Under the pieces are notes generated by a model. The model was not told the origin of the DNA, did no database searches, and was given only the letters and a program-made list of their open reading frames with translations. A DNA stretch of 64,000 nucleotides from an uncultured delta proteobacterium. Lineage in GTDB: Bacteria > Desulfobacterota > Binatia > UBA9968. Both the position numbers and the translations under genes were made by a program. The DNA is taken from the NCBI GenBank assembly GCA_963760795.1, contig CAVXEP010000029.1, positions 384,001-448,000 of the forward strand, given 5' to 3'. Shown here piece by piece: positions 1 through 9,466 of the stretch; position 1 is the stretch's first letter, and the number at the start of each line of letters is the position of its first letter.

Positions 1-593
1 TGAGCGGCAGGAGTCATGACAAGGGCGTGCTGATTCTCGGCGGCTATTTGGGCGGCAAGTATGCCCAGCAAAGTCCGCTATCGCTCTCCAGCACGATTTG
101 TTTCGAGCAGTCTTACGATGGCGTCGACGGCGACAGTGCGTCGTCCACTGAACTCTATGCGATCCTTTCGAGTCTTGCCGAAATGCCGATTCAGCAGGGT
201 ATCGCTGTCACGGGTTCAGTAAATCAAAACGGCGAGGTGCAAGCGATCGGCGGCGTCAATTTCAAGATCGAAGGCCACTTCGATGTCTGCCGCTTGAAAG
301 GACTGACCGGCGAACAGGGCGCGATGATCCCCCAGGCCAACGTGCACAATCTGATGCTCCGTGCCGACGTCGTCGAGGCGGTCAAAGCCGGCAAGTTTCA
401 TATTTACTCTGTAAGTAGCATTGATGAAGGCATCGAAGTGCTCACCGGCGTCGCCGCCGGCGCGCGCCAAGCCGACGGCAGTTATCCTGACGGTACGATC
501 AACGACCGGGTACAAAAGAAATTGCAGCAGTTCACCGAGCTGCAAAAAAAATTAACCGCGGGAAACCAAGAGCCGGCGGCGGCGAACAATTGA
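1..593 (+). CDS. Lon-family ATP-dependent protease, C-terminal proteolytic domain (5' truncated by window)
   Basis: Frame open from window start (SGRSHDKGVLIL); FEQSYDGVDGDSAS catalytic Ser, AVTGS and GGVNFKIEG catalytic Lys. Confidence 0.9.
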   Translation, partial: SGRSHDKGVLILGGYLGGKYAQQSPLSLSSTICFEQSYDGVDGDSASSTELYAILSSLAEMPIQQGIAVTGSVNQNGEVQAIGGVNFKIEGHFDVCRLKGLTGEQGAMIPQANVHNLMLRADVVEAVKAGKFHIYSVSSIDEGIEVLTGVAAGARQADGSYPDGTINDRVQKKLQQFTELQKKLTAGNQEPAAANN

Positions 594-644
594 AGCCGCT
601 CTGAGATGGTTGAACTGCCTCAGCGTCCGTTGCCATGAACATTT

Positions 645-712
645 GTCATGCCGGCGAAAGCCGGCATCCATCCCATCCGCCAAACCTGGACACCGTTTTT
701 TAACGGTATAAC
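645..712. repeat. REP-like palindromic pair, GTCAT family
   Basis: GTCATGCCGGCGAAAGCCGGCATCCA followed by degenerate inverted partner CTGGACACCG...CGGTATAAC, between convergent genes. Confidence 0.7.
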
Positions 713-787
713 TGAATCACGAGAGGACTTCTAGTTGACAGCTCAGAGTCCCTCGGCGTGCAGCCGAGGATCGTTCAGCAGTCTGCG

Positions 788-1849
788 CTAACCTTCGCGC
801 GGCTTGGCCGACTCGGGCTTGATACCGAGGGGTACGGTCAAGCGAATCGACTTGCCCTTGCGGAGTAGTGAAAGTTGCACCATGCGGCCGGCTTCCAGGC
901 CGCCGACCATGCGAGTCACGTCACGCGGGCTGTCGACTTGAGTATCGTTGACCGCGAGGATGACATCCTGCTTTTGCACGCCCATCCGCGCCGCCGGTTG
1001 CCCCGGTAAAACCGAGCTCACCACCACGCCTTTGGCGGGATGGATTCCTAACGATCTCGCCTGGCCCAGAGTGATGTCCGACATCTGCACGCCAAGCCAG
1101 CCCCAGGCGAACTTCTCACCTTTGACCAAGCGGGGCAGAATTTTCTTGATTAAATTGATCGGCGTGGCGAAGCCGAGATTGCCGCGTTCGGAGGCCATGG
1201 TGACCATGCCGACGACATCGCCCTGGCTATTCAACAGTGGCCCGCCGCTGACGCCGGGATAGGCGCCGGCATCGGTTTGAACGAAATCGTAACCCGCAGA
1301 GTCGGGGTAGGTTCGCCCGGCGCGGCTGATGATGCCCAGGCTCATGGAACTCTCGCGGCCAAACGGGTAGCTGAAGACAATCGCCAAGTCGCCGACCTGA
1401 ATGCGCTCGGAATCGCCGAGGGACAGCACCGGCGCTGCCCGCTCGCTTTGAATCTTCAACAGCGCCAGATCGAGCTGACTGTCGGCGACGACCATTCGCG
1501 CCGCCAGACGCTGACCATCGGCGGTGCGGACTTCAATCTCCTTGGCCTTGTCGATGACATGCTGCGCCGTCAGGATGTAGCCGTCCGGATCGATGAAAAA
1601 GCCCGAGCCGCGGTTGCCTTGGGTTGGGCTATTGTCTGGACCGCTGACGCGAATCTGTACGATCGCCGGGCGGGAAATTTGCGCCAACCGGACAAAGGCG
1701 CGATTGAGCCGGTCGAGATCGCTCTCGCTAGTTGGCGGCTGTGCTTCGCGCCAGTTAACCAGTGATGATTTATCAATGTTTGTCTCTGCCCCCAGCGCGG
1801 CTGGAAAGCACAGCGAAGCGAGTAACAGCCCAATGATTAGATAGTGCAC
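788..1849 (-). CDS. HtrA/DegP-family serine protease (trypsin domain + one PDZ), signal peptide
   Basis: GSGF, TAQH (His), DLAL (Asp), PGVSGGPL (Ser), WLGV PDZ start. Confidence 0.92.
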   Translation of the reverse strand: MHYLIIGLLLASLCFPAALGAETNIDKSSLVNWREAQPPTSESDLDRLNRAFVRLAQISRPAIVQIRVSGPDNSPTQGNRGSGFFIDPDGYILTAQHVIDKAKEIEVRTADGQRLAARMVVADSQLDLALLKIQSERAAPVLSLGDSERIQVGDLAIVFSYPFGRESSMSLGIISRAGRTYPDSAGYDFVQTDAGAYPGVSGGPLLNSQGDVVGMVTMASERGNLGFATPINLIKKILPRLVKGEKFAWGWLGVQMSDITLGQARSLGIHPAKGVVVSSVLPGQPAARMGVQKQDVILAVNDTQVDSPRDVTRMVGGLEAGRMVQLSLLRKGKSIRLTVPLGIKPESAKPREG

Positions 1850-1951
1850 GAATCCACCTCTCAGGGAGTCTGGCTGGCAGTCCCTTTATCGAAATCCTTC
1901 GGCGATCACAAGCGCCAAAGCGGTTGGTCTTGCGTTTCACGCCAGGGCATA

Positions 1952-1960
1952 TGCTATGGT
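1952..1960 (+). promoter_or_regulatory. Extended -10 promoter, predicts leaderless SDR mRNA
   Basis: TG-C-TATGGT ending 1960; ATG at 1967; no Shine-Dalgarno. Confidence 0.55.
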
Positions 1961-1966
1961 TCGAGC

Positions 1967-2746
1967 ATGAACGACCTCGCCGACAAAATCGTTCTGGTCA
2001 CCGGCGGCAGCGGCGGCATCGGTGCCGCCATCGCTGGGCAGTTCGCCACGCTGGGTTGCCGGGTAGCGATCGCAGCCCGCGATCACAAGAAACTTGCGAC
2101 AGCGGCAGAAAAAATTGCCGAGAATGGCGCACAAGTCCGCGCGATTGCCTGTGACGTGACGCGCCGCGAGGAGGTGCAGCGGCTGCGGATCGCGATTCAA
2201 GAACTGTGGGGCGACGTGCAGATCTTGGTCAACAACGCCGGCATCGCCAGCGCTGTCAGCTTTGCCGACATGTCCGATGAAACCTGGGACCGAACGTTGG
2301 ATACCAATCTGACCGGCGCTTACAATTGCTGTAAAGTATTTTTACCGGCGATGATCGACGCCAATTGGGGCCGCATCGTCAACATCGCTTCGACCACGGC
2401 CAAAGTCGGCTACAGCCATGTGACCGCCTACACCGCGTCGAAGCATGGGCTGCTCGGACTGACGCGGTCGTTAGCGCTGGAAACCGCGCGCCAGGGCGTG
2501 ACCGTGAATGCGATTTGTCCGGGCTATGTCGACGATGAACGCACCCGCGAGAACGCGCGCATCATGGCCGAGAAGACCGGCAAGAGCGACGACGATATTT
2601 TAAAAATCTTCGCCGCCAGCGCGCCGCAGAACCGTTTGATCGAAGCTGGGGAAGTCGCATCGTTGGCCAGTTTTATCGCCGCGCCGCAAATGAGCGGCAT
2701 GACCGGGCAGGCGATCAATGTCGACGGCGGCGCGGTGATGGCGTGA
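1967..2746 (+). CDS. SDR family oxidoreductase (3-hydroxyacyl-CoA/3-hydroxybutyrate dehydrogenase-like)
   Basis: TGGSGGIG, NNAG, YTASK, NAICPG; start moved to ATG 1967. Confidence 0.9.
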   Translation: MNDLADKIVLVTGGSGGIGAAIAGQFATLGCRVAIAARDHKKLATAAEKIAENGAQVRAIACDVTRREEVQRLRIAIQELWGDVQILVNNAGIASAVSFADMSDETWDRTLDTNLTGAYNCCKVFLPAMIDANWGRIVNIASTTAKVGYSHVTAYTASKHGLLGLTRSLALETARQGVTVNAICPGYVDDERTRENARIMAEKTGKSDDDILKIFAASAPQNRLIEAGEVASLASFIAAPQMSGMTGQAINVDGGAVMA

Positions 2747-2773
2747 GAAAGAATTGATATTTGAGAAAAGCCA

Positions 2774-3568
2774 ATGGTTTACAATTCGTTCTTGTTTGAC
2801 GTCGCCGACCATATCGCGACGATACGTTTGAATGATCCTGAGCGGTTGAACGCTTTGACCTTCGAGACCTATGCGGAGCTAGCGCGGGTGTTCGCGGCGA
2901 TGGAGGCGGACAGCGGCATCAAAGTCGTCGTGCTCACGGGTGCCGGCAACGGATTCTGCTCCGGCGGCAGTGTTCATGGAATTATCGCGAAGTTGCTGGA
3001 AATGTCCGCCGACGAGCAACTGCGCTTTACCACGCTGACCTGCGCGGTCGTGAAGAACATGCGGGCGCTCAATAAACCTATTGTCGCCGCGGTGAACGGT
3101 ATCGCCGCCGGCGCCGGCACGATTCTCGCCTTGGCGAGCGATATCCGTTTGTTGTCCGAGCGCGCCAGGTTCGCTTTTCTCTTTACCAAGGTCGGTTTGT
3201 CCGGCGCGGACATGGGCGCGTGCTATTTGTTGCCGCGGATAGTCGGCCCCGGCCGCGCGGCGGAATTGCTTTTCACCGGCGACACCATCGATGCCCAGGA
3301 ATGTCTGCGCATTGGCTTAGCCAACCGGGTGATCGCCCATGATAAATTGCTGTACGAAACCTACGACTTGGCGCGACGGTTGAAAGACGGTCCGCTCAAG
3401 GCCATCGGCGTCACCAAAGCGCTCCTCGACCGTGAGGCCGATATGGATCTGGCAAAAGCATTAGATTTGGAGGCGCGCGAACAAGCGCGACTGATGCAAA
3501 CGCCAGACTTCAAAGAAGGCTATTGGGCCTTTATCGAGAAACGGCCGGCGAAGTTCAATCAATCCTAG
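2774..3568 (+). CDS. Enoyl-CoA hydratase/crotonase family protein
   Basis: FCSGG, KPIVAAVNGIAAGAG, GLSGADMGACYLLPRIVG. Confidence 0.92.
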   Translation: MVYNSFLFDVADHIATIRLNDPERLNALTFETYAELARVFAAMEADSGIKVVVLTGAGNGFCSGGSVHGIIAKLLEMSADEQLRFTTLTCAVVKNMRALNKPIVAAVNGIAAGAGTILALASDIRLLSERARFAFLFTKVGLSGADMGACYLLPRIVGPGRAAELLFTGDTIDAQECLRIGLANRVIAHDKLLYETYDLARRLKDGPLKAIGVTKALLDREADMDLAKALDLEAREQARLMQTPDFKEGYWAFIEKRPAKFNQS

Positions 3569-3581
3569 ATCGATTTTCTCA

Positions 3582-4718
3582 ATGTTGCCGTTCTTCACTC
3601 AAGATCATGCCACATTGCAGGCGCAAGCTCGCTTGTGGGCGGAAGAGAATCTTTTCGCCGGCCATGGCAGCGAAGATCTAGAGCGGTACGCCAGGACATT
3701 GGTTAAGCAACTGGGCGCGGCGGGCTTTCTCAAGCATGCCGTGTCGAAGCAGTTCGGCGGCGTTCGTGAGCAAGTCGAAGCGCGCGATCTTTGCATCCTG
3801 CGCGAAGAGCTGGCGCGCGGCGATGCGCTCGCCGATACTATGTTCGCGTTGCAGGCGCTGGGCAGCTATCCGATTACGCTGGCGGGAAACGCCGCACAAA
3901 AACAAAATTATCTGTCGCAGGTTGCCAGCGGCGACGCGATTGCTGCCTTCGCGATTACCGAGCCGGAGGCGGGTTCCGACATCGCTTCGTTACAAACGAC
4001 CGCGCTGCGCCAGGGCGAACAGTTCGCATTGAACGGCACCAAGCGATTTATTTCCAACGCCGGCATCGCAGACTTCTACGTTGTCTTCGCGTCGACTGAG
4101 CCGGAGAAGAAAGCAAAAGGCGTGAGCGCTTTCATCGTCGACGCGACCACGCCAGGCTTGGCGGTGACGGAGAAGACTCAACTGCTGTCGCCGCATCCGA
4201 TCGGTGTGCTCAAATTCACCGGCTGCATTGTACTGCAAGGCGCATTGCTCGGCGCTGAGGGCGACGGCCTGAAGATCGCCTTGGAAACGCTCGATCTTTT
4301 ACGCTGCAGCGTTGGCGCGGCCGCCGTCGGGTTTGCCCAACGGGCTTTGGATGAAGCGATTCGTTACGGCAAGACGCGCCGGCAGTTTGGCCGGGCCATA
4401 GCCGAGTTCCAGGGGATTGAATTCAAGCTCGCTGAAATGGCCACGGAGCTCGAAGCTGCGCGGCTATTGGTTTACCAAGCAGCTTGGGCGCATGACTGCG
4501 GCAATGCGGATGCCAAACAGAAATCGTCGATGGCGAAACTCTACGCCACCGAAGCGGCGCAACGCATTGTCGATCAAGCATTACAGATTCACGGCGGCAA
4601 CGGTTTGATCGCCGGCAGCATCATGGAGCGGCTCTACCGCGACGTGCGCGCACTGCGGATTTACGAAGGCACGTCCGAAATTCAGAAAATCGTCGTCGCC
4701 CGGGGATTGCTGAAATAG
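3582..4718 (+). CDS. Acyl-CoA dehydrogenase
   Basis: AFAITEPEAGSD, RRQFG, QIHGG, RIYEGTSEIQ. Confidence 0.93.
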   Translation: MLPFFTQDHATLQAQARLWAEENLFAGHGSEDLERYARTLVKQLGAAGFLKHAVSKQFGGVREQVEARDLCILREELARGDALADTMFALQALGSYPITLAGNAAQKQNYLSQVASGDAIAAFAITEPEAGSDIASLQTTALRQGEQFALNGTKRFISNAGIADFYVVFASTEPEKKAKGVSAFIVDATTPGLAVTEKTQLLSPHPIGVLKFTGCIVLQGALLGAEGDGLKIALETLDLLRCSVGAAAVGFAQRALDEAIRYGKTRRQFGRAIAEFQGIEFKLAEMATELEAARLLVYQAAWAHDCGNADAKQKSSMAKLYATEAAQRIVDQALQIHGGNGLIAGSIMERLYRDVRALRIYEGTSEIQKIVVARGLLK

Positions 4719-4793
4719 GCTCAGCCGAAGGCTGATCAGCCGTCGGACAGAGGTCGGAAGTCAGAGGTCAGTAAAAACACAGGAGCGACACCC

Positions 4794-5783
4794 ATGACGA
4801 AAAAAATTCTTATCTGGCTGCTGGTAATTTTCTTTGTTGCAAATGTTTCCGTCGCTCAGGCGCAGCAGCCAGGGAAAATCCCCCGGATAGGATTTCTAAG
4901 TGCGAGGTGCGCCTTCCGCTCAATGCGGCCCGCATCGAGGCATTTCGGCAGGGACTGCGCGAGCTTGGGTACGTCGAGGGGAAGAACATTGTCATTGAGT
5001 GCGCGATCTGCTGAGGGAAAACTCGATCGCCTCCCCGCGCTCGCGGCCGAGCTAGTGCGTCTCAAGGTAGACATCATCGTCACGGGTGGTCCGTCAGCAA
5101 CCCGTCCCGCCAAGGAAGCAACTACAACGATTCCCATTGTCATGACGGGCGATGGCGATCCTGTTGGCAGCGGCTTCGTCGCCAGCCTGGCGCGACCTGG
5201 CGGAAACATCACGGGATTGTCAACTCTCGCCCCGGAGCTAAGCGGAAAACGACTAGAGCTTTTGAAGGAGATCATTCCCGCGCTCTCCCGTGTGGCCGTC
5301 CTCGGGACATCGACGCAGCCGGGCAACGCACAATCGTTAAAAGAGATCGAACTCGCCGCAGAGGCGTTTGGAGTGAAGCTTCAATACCTAGACGTACTAA
5401 GTCCCAAGGATATTGAGACCGCATTCCGAGCTGCGAGCAAGGGGCGGGCTGACGCAGTCTCGTCTTGGCGAGTACCGTCATGCTCAATTCTCAGCGAAAA
5501 CGGATTGTCAGAACTCGCGGTAAAGAGCCGGCTCCCGGCGATGTACGGCTCGCCAGAATTTGTCGAAGACGGAGGGCTTATGAGCTACGGCGTGAGCCGA
5601 ACCGACTTGGACCGGCGCGCCGCTACCTACGTGGACAAGATTTTGAAAGGCAGGACACCCGCAGACCTTCCCGTCGAGCAGCCGACCAAGTTCGAGTTCA
5701 TCGTCAATCTGAAAGCCGCCAAGCAGATCGGCCTGACGATTCCGCCGAATGTGCTGGTGCGGGCGGATCGGGTGATTCGATGA
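4794..5783 (+). CDS. ABC_sub_bind-type substrate-binding protein with internal compensating frameshifts
   Basis: SLARPGGNITG, PADLPVEQPTKFE; conserved ARIEAFRQGLRELGYVEGKNI lies in another frame at about 4922-4999. Confidence 0.85.
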   Translation: MTKKILIWLLVIFFVANVSVAQAQQPGKIPRIGFLSARCAFRSMRPASRHFGRDCASLGTSRGRTLSLSARSAEGKLDRLPALAAELVRLKVDIIVTGGPSATRPAKEATTTIPIVMTGDGDPVGSGFVASLARPGGNITGLSTLAPELSGKRLELLKEIIPALSRVAVLGTSTQPGNAQSLKEIELAAEAFGVKLQYLDVLSPKDIETAFRAASKGRADAVSSWRVPSCSILSENGLSELAVKSRLPAMYGSPEFVEDGGLMSYGVSRTDLDRRAATYVDKILKGRTPADLPVEQPTKFEFIVNLKAAKQIGLTIPPNVLVRADRVIR

Positions 5784-5809
5784 AGAAGGCAGCAGGCGTC
5801 AAGGCAATG

Positions 5810-5868
5810 GTAGGGGCGGACCTATGTGTCCGCCCGTTCGGAGGGCCGACACGCAGGTCGGCCCCTAC
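5810..5868. repeat. GTAG-family REP doublet
   Basis: GTAGGGGCGGACCTATGTGTCCGCCC and inverted GGGCCGACACGCAGGTCGGCCCCTAC. Confidence 0.85.
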
Positions 5869-5970
5869 ACGGTCCGACAATCGATACGCGGCGCAGCAGG
5901 CCAAAATGGAATAGTGGGCGGATAAAGTGATCAATAAACTGGCACTATGCCCAGTTGAGGAGAAGGAACG

Positions 5971-7122
5971 ATGGATTTTGATTTGTCAGACGAGTTGATC
6001 GCCGTGCGCGAATTGGCGCGGGAGTTTGCCGAGAAGGAAATTGCACCGACCGCGGCAAAGGATGACAAGGAAAAAACTTTTCGCGGCGATCTGGTGCGCA
6101 AGATGGGCGAGCTCGGCTTCTACGGCACGATGATTCCGGAAAACTATGGCGGCAACGGCTTGGGATTTCTCGCTATGGTGTTGATCACCGAGGAGATCGC
6201 CAGGGTGCACAGCGCCATGCGCGTCGGCATCAACATGCAGATCGGTCCGGCACTGACTTTGCTGCAATTCGGCACGGAAGAGCAGAAACGGAAATTCATT
6301 CCCGGTTTGATGTCGGGTGAAACCATCGGTTGCTTTGCCATCACCGAATCCGACGCCGGCTCGGATGTCGCGGCGATGCGCACGACGGCGACGAAAAACG
6401 GCGATCGCTATTTACTCAACGGCGGCAAGCTGTGGATCTCCAACGGTCCGGTGACCAACGGCGGGCTGGTTTACGCCTACACCGACCGGGCGCAGAAACA
6501 TCGCGGCATGAGTGCATTCTTTGCCGAGTGGAATCAACCCGGATTGACCCGCCGCACGCTGGAAACCATGGGCGCCCATTGTTCGCCGCTGGGCGAACTG
6601 ACCTTCGAAAATTTTCCGATTCCCGTGGCCAACCTTTTGGGCAACGAGGGCGACGGATTCAAAATCTGCATGTGGCAGTTGAATCAAACCCGGCTCAACT
6701 GCGCCGCCGGCGCGTTAGGCGTTGCCCGCGCCGCGAAAGAGGCGGCGCTGAATTATTGCAACCAGCGCGCCCAGTTCGGCCAGAAGATCGGCGAGTTTCA
6801 GATGAATCAAGACTTGATTGCGCAGATGATCGCCCACGAAGAGGCTGCGCGATTGCTGGTTTACCGAGCAGCGTGGCTGGCGGATCAAAAGAAGCCGAAC
6901 AACTTGGAAACCTCCATTGGCAAGTATTGCGCCGCCGAAGCCGCCAACTTCGCTGCCGACGCTGCGATGAAAATCCTCGGCGCCTACGGCTATTCAACGG
7001 AATTTCCCGTCGAGCGCTACTACCGCGACGCCAAGTCGTACCAGATCGTCGAAGGTTCCTCGAACGTGCAGAAGATGATCATCGCCCAGGATGCGTTGGG
7101 ATATCGCAAGGCGAACCGTTGA
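5971..7122 (+). CDS. acd: Glutaryl-CoA dehydrogenase, non-decarboxylating type
   Basis: ACAD fold with FQMNQDLIAQM, ILGAYGYSTEFPV, IVEGS and LGYRKANR C-terminus, matching the Desulfococcus-type enzyme as recalled. Confidence 0.8.
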   Translation: MDFDLSDELIAVRELAREFAEKEIAPTAAKDDKEKTFRGDLVRKMGELGFYGTMIPENYGGNGLGFLAMVLITEEIARVHSAMRVGINMQIGPALTLLQFGTEEQKRKFIPGLMSGETIGCFAITESDAGSDVAAMRTTATKNGDRYLLNGGKLWISNGPVTNGGLVYAYTDRAQKHRGMSAFFAEWNQPGLTRRTLETMGAHCSPLGELTFENFPIPVANLLGNEGDGFKICMWQLNQTRLNCAAGALGVARAAKEAALNYCNQRAQFGQKIGEFQMNQDLIAQMIAHEEAARLLVYRAAWLADQKKPNNLETSIGKYCAAEAANFAADAAMKILGAYGYSTEFPVERYYRDAKSYQIVEGSSNVQKMIIAQDALGYRKANR

Positions 7123-7124
7123 TC

Positions 7125-8645
7125 TCACTGTTGATCGAGGATGCGCCGGATCAACTCCATGTTTAAGCTCTCTCGGACGTGAGCGGCGAGCCGGTCGTAT
7201 TGCTCGTCAGCGGAAAATATCGCGGGGCTCGCACCGAGCGTCAGTCCTTTTCGTTCGACGAGTTCGAGCAATATCGCCCGGCGCAATTCATGGTTGTGAA
7301 ACAGGCCGTGAATGTAGGTGCCGACCACGTTGCCATCGGCGCTGAGAGTTCCGTCGCCATCGGAGCAGATTTGCTGGGAGCGTTGTTCGATTAGAAACGG
7401 TTGCGACGCGCCCAGCCTTTCAGATTGCCCCATGTGAATCTCATATCCGGAAATGACCGCATTCTGCGCTTTAGCGAGCAGGCCGAAACCAGCCAAACTG
7501 CGCGCGCGAACTTGATGGGTCGATTTCACCGGGAGAAAGCGTGTCGCCACTGGCAAGAGTCCCATGCCGGCGGTCAGCGCCGTCGATGACTCGATCAGTT
7601 CGGGATCGTGAATGGCGCTGCCAAGCATCTGATAGCCGGCGCAAATACCGATAATCGGGATGCCAGCCGAAGCCGCGCGAAGAATCTCCTGTTCGCGGCC
7701 GTTACTGCGGAGATAACCGAGATCAGCCACCGTCGCTTTGCTTCCAGGGAGAATAATCAGGTCAGGTTCGCCAAGATCGTCGCCGGCTTCGACGTAACGC
7801 AGCCGCACGCGCGGTTCCCGTTCAAAGGGATCGAAGTCATCGAAGTTGGCGATATGCGGCAGCGCAATGACGGCGATATCGAGGTCGAAGTCGCGGCGAT
7901 TTTTCATCATGTAGCGTTTTTCCAAGGCGATGGAATCCTCCTCGGCGATATGAATATCGTGGTAAAAGGGCACCACGCCCGCAACCGGCACGCCGGTGCG
8001 CGCTTCGAGCCAATCCAGTCCTGGCGTGAGCAGGGAGACATCGCCGCGAAACTTATTGACGATAAACGCTTTGACGCGCTCTTTCTCCGCACCATCGAGT
8101 AACTCCAAGGTTCCTACCAACGCCGCGAAGATGCCGCCCCGGTCGATATCGGCCGCCAGTAACACCGGCGCGTTGCAGTACAGCGCGACTTTCATGTTCA
8201 CGAGGTCGCGATCCTTGAGATTGATCTCAGCGGGACTACCGGCGCCCTCGATGACAACGACATCATAAACAGAGCGCAGTTGGTCGAGGGACTCCGTGAT
8301 CGCGCACCAGAGCTGGGTTTTAAGTTGGGGAAAGCGCGCCGCGGAGATTCGCGTCAGCGGTTTGCCCCGGACGATAATCTGCGCGTGATTATCGCTTTCC
8401 GGTTTCAACAGCACCGGGTTCATTGCGACCGTCGGCGCAATGCCCGCCGCTTCGGCTTGGACCACTTGGGCGCGGCCGATCTCGTCGCCGGCGGCGGTGA
8501 CGAAGGAGTTGAGCGACATGTTTTGCGCCTTGAACGGCGCGACTCTCAAGCCCTGCTGTTTGAAAATACGGCACAACGCCGTGACCAGGATGCTTTTGCC
8601 GACCGATGAACCGGTTCCTTGGACCATTAGCGTTTTGGCGAGCAT
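7125..8645 (-). CDS. cobQ: Cobyric acid synthase
   Basis: MVQGTGSSVGKS, PFKAQNM, EGAGSPAEINL, GICAGYQMLG, GTYIHG. Confidence 0.97.
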   Translation of the reverse strand: MLAKTLMVQGTGSSVGKSILVTALCRIFKQQGLRVAPFKAQNMSLNSFVTAAGDEIGRAQVVQAEAAGIAPTVAMNPVLLKPESDNHAQIIVRGKPLTRISAARFPQLKTQLWCAITESLDQLRSVYDVVVIEGAGSPAEINLKDRDLVNMKVALYCNAPVLLAADIDRGGIFAALVGTLELLDGAEKERVKAFIVNKFRGDVSLLTPGLDWLEARTGVPVAGVVPFYHDIHIAEEDSIALEKRYMMKNRRDFDLDIAVIALPHIANFDDFDPFEREPRVRLRYVEAGDDLGEPDLIILPGSKATVADLGYLRSNGREQEILRAASAGIPIIGICAGYQMLGSAIHDPELIESSTALTAGMGLLPVATRFLPVKSTHQVRARSLAGFGLLAKAQNAVISGYEIHMGQSERLGASQPFLIEQRSQQICSDGDGTLSADGNVVGTYIHGLFHNHELRRAILLELVERKGLTLGASPAIFSADEQYDRLAAHVRESLNMELIRRILDQQ

Positions 8646-8667
8646 ATTTGTGCGTTCGGGTGGGAGA

Positions 8668-9462
8668 TCACTTGGAAAATGGATGGCGCGGTACGAAGTA
8701 GCGTGGGCGCGAATCGGTTCCGGCGATCGCTGTCATGTCGACGTCCAGTAGCGCTTTGATGCTGGCTTCATTGATGACGTCGGCGATGGGACCGAAGCCA
8801 CGGAGCGCGCCGTCGGTCAGTAGTAGCGCGCGGTCGGCGAACAACGACGCCAGATTGACATCATGCAGTACGATGACCACGGTAATTTGCTCGTCCACGC
8901 ATAGCCGTCTCAATGCCGAAAGAATTTGTAATTGAAACTTGAGATCGAGATGCAGCGTCGGCTCGTCGAGAAGTATGACCCGAGCCGATTGAGCCAAGGC
9001 GCGGGCGATCAAAACTTTCTGCTTCTCGCCGCCGCTCAGCGTGTTGAACTGCCGGTCGCTCAGTTCAATCGCCGCGGTTCTTTCCAACGCGTTGGCAACG
9101 GCGAGTTTATCGGCGACGGATTCCTTGCCGCGCGCGCCATGGGGATAACGGCCGAGGGATACCAGCTCGCGTGCGGTCAGGGGAAAGTTTAATGCGGGTT
9201 GCTGGGAAACATAGGCGATGGTTTGCGCTCGCGCTTTGGGTTGATAAGTCGATAGAGCTTGGCCGTGTAGCGTCACCGTGCCGGAGTTCGGCGCCAGCAG
9301 GCCGAGCAAGATCTTGAGGAGTGTGGTTTTGCCCGAGCCGTTGGGGCCGATTAGGGCGATGAGTTCTCCGGCGGCGATGGCAAAGGAAAGGTTATTTAAC
9401 AGCAGGCCGCCGTTGTAGCCAAAGGAGATATTGCGGACTTCGAGTGCGCTCGTCGACGTCAT
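8668..9462 (-). CDS. btuD: Cobalamin/iron-chelate ABC transporter ATPase
   Basis: GPNGSGKTT, LSGGEKQ, LLDEPT; operon context. Confidence 0.85.
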   Translation of the reverse strand: MTSTSALEVRNISFGYNGGLLLNNLSFAIAAGELIALIGPNGSGKTTLLKILLGLLAPNSGTVTLHGQALSTYQPKARAQTIAYVSQQPALNFPLTARELVSLGRYPHGARGKESVADKLAVANALERTAAIELSDRQFNTLSGGEKQKVLIARALAQSARVILLDEPTLHLDLKFQLQILSALRRLCVDEQITVVIVLHDVNLASLFADRALLLTDGALRGFGPIADVINEASIKALLDVDMTAIAGTDSRPRYFVPRHPFSK

Positions 9463-9466
9463 CTTA

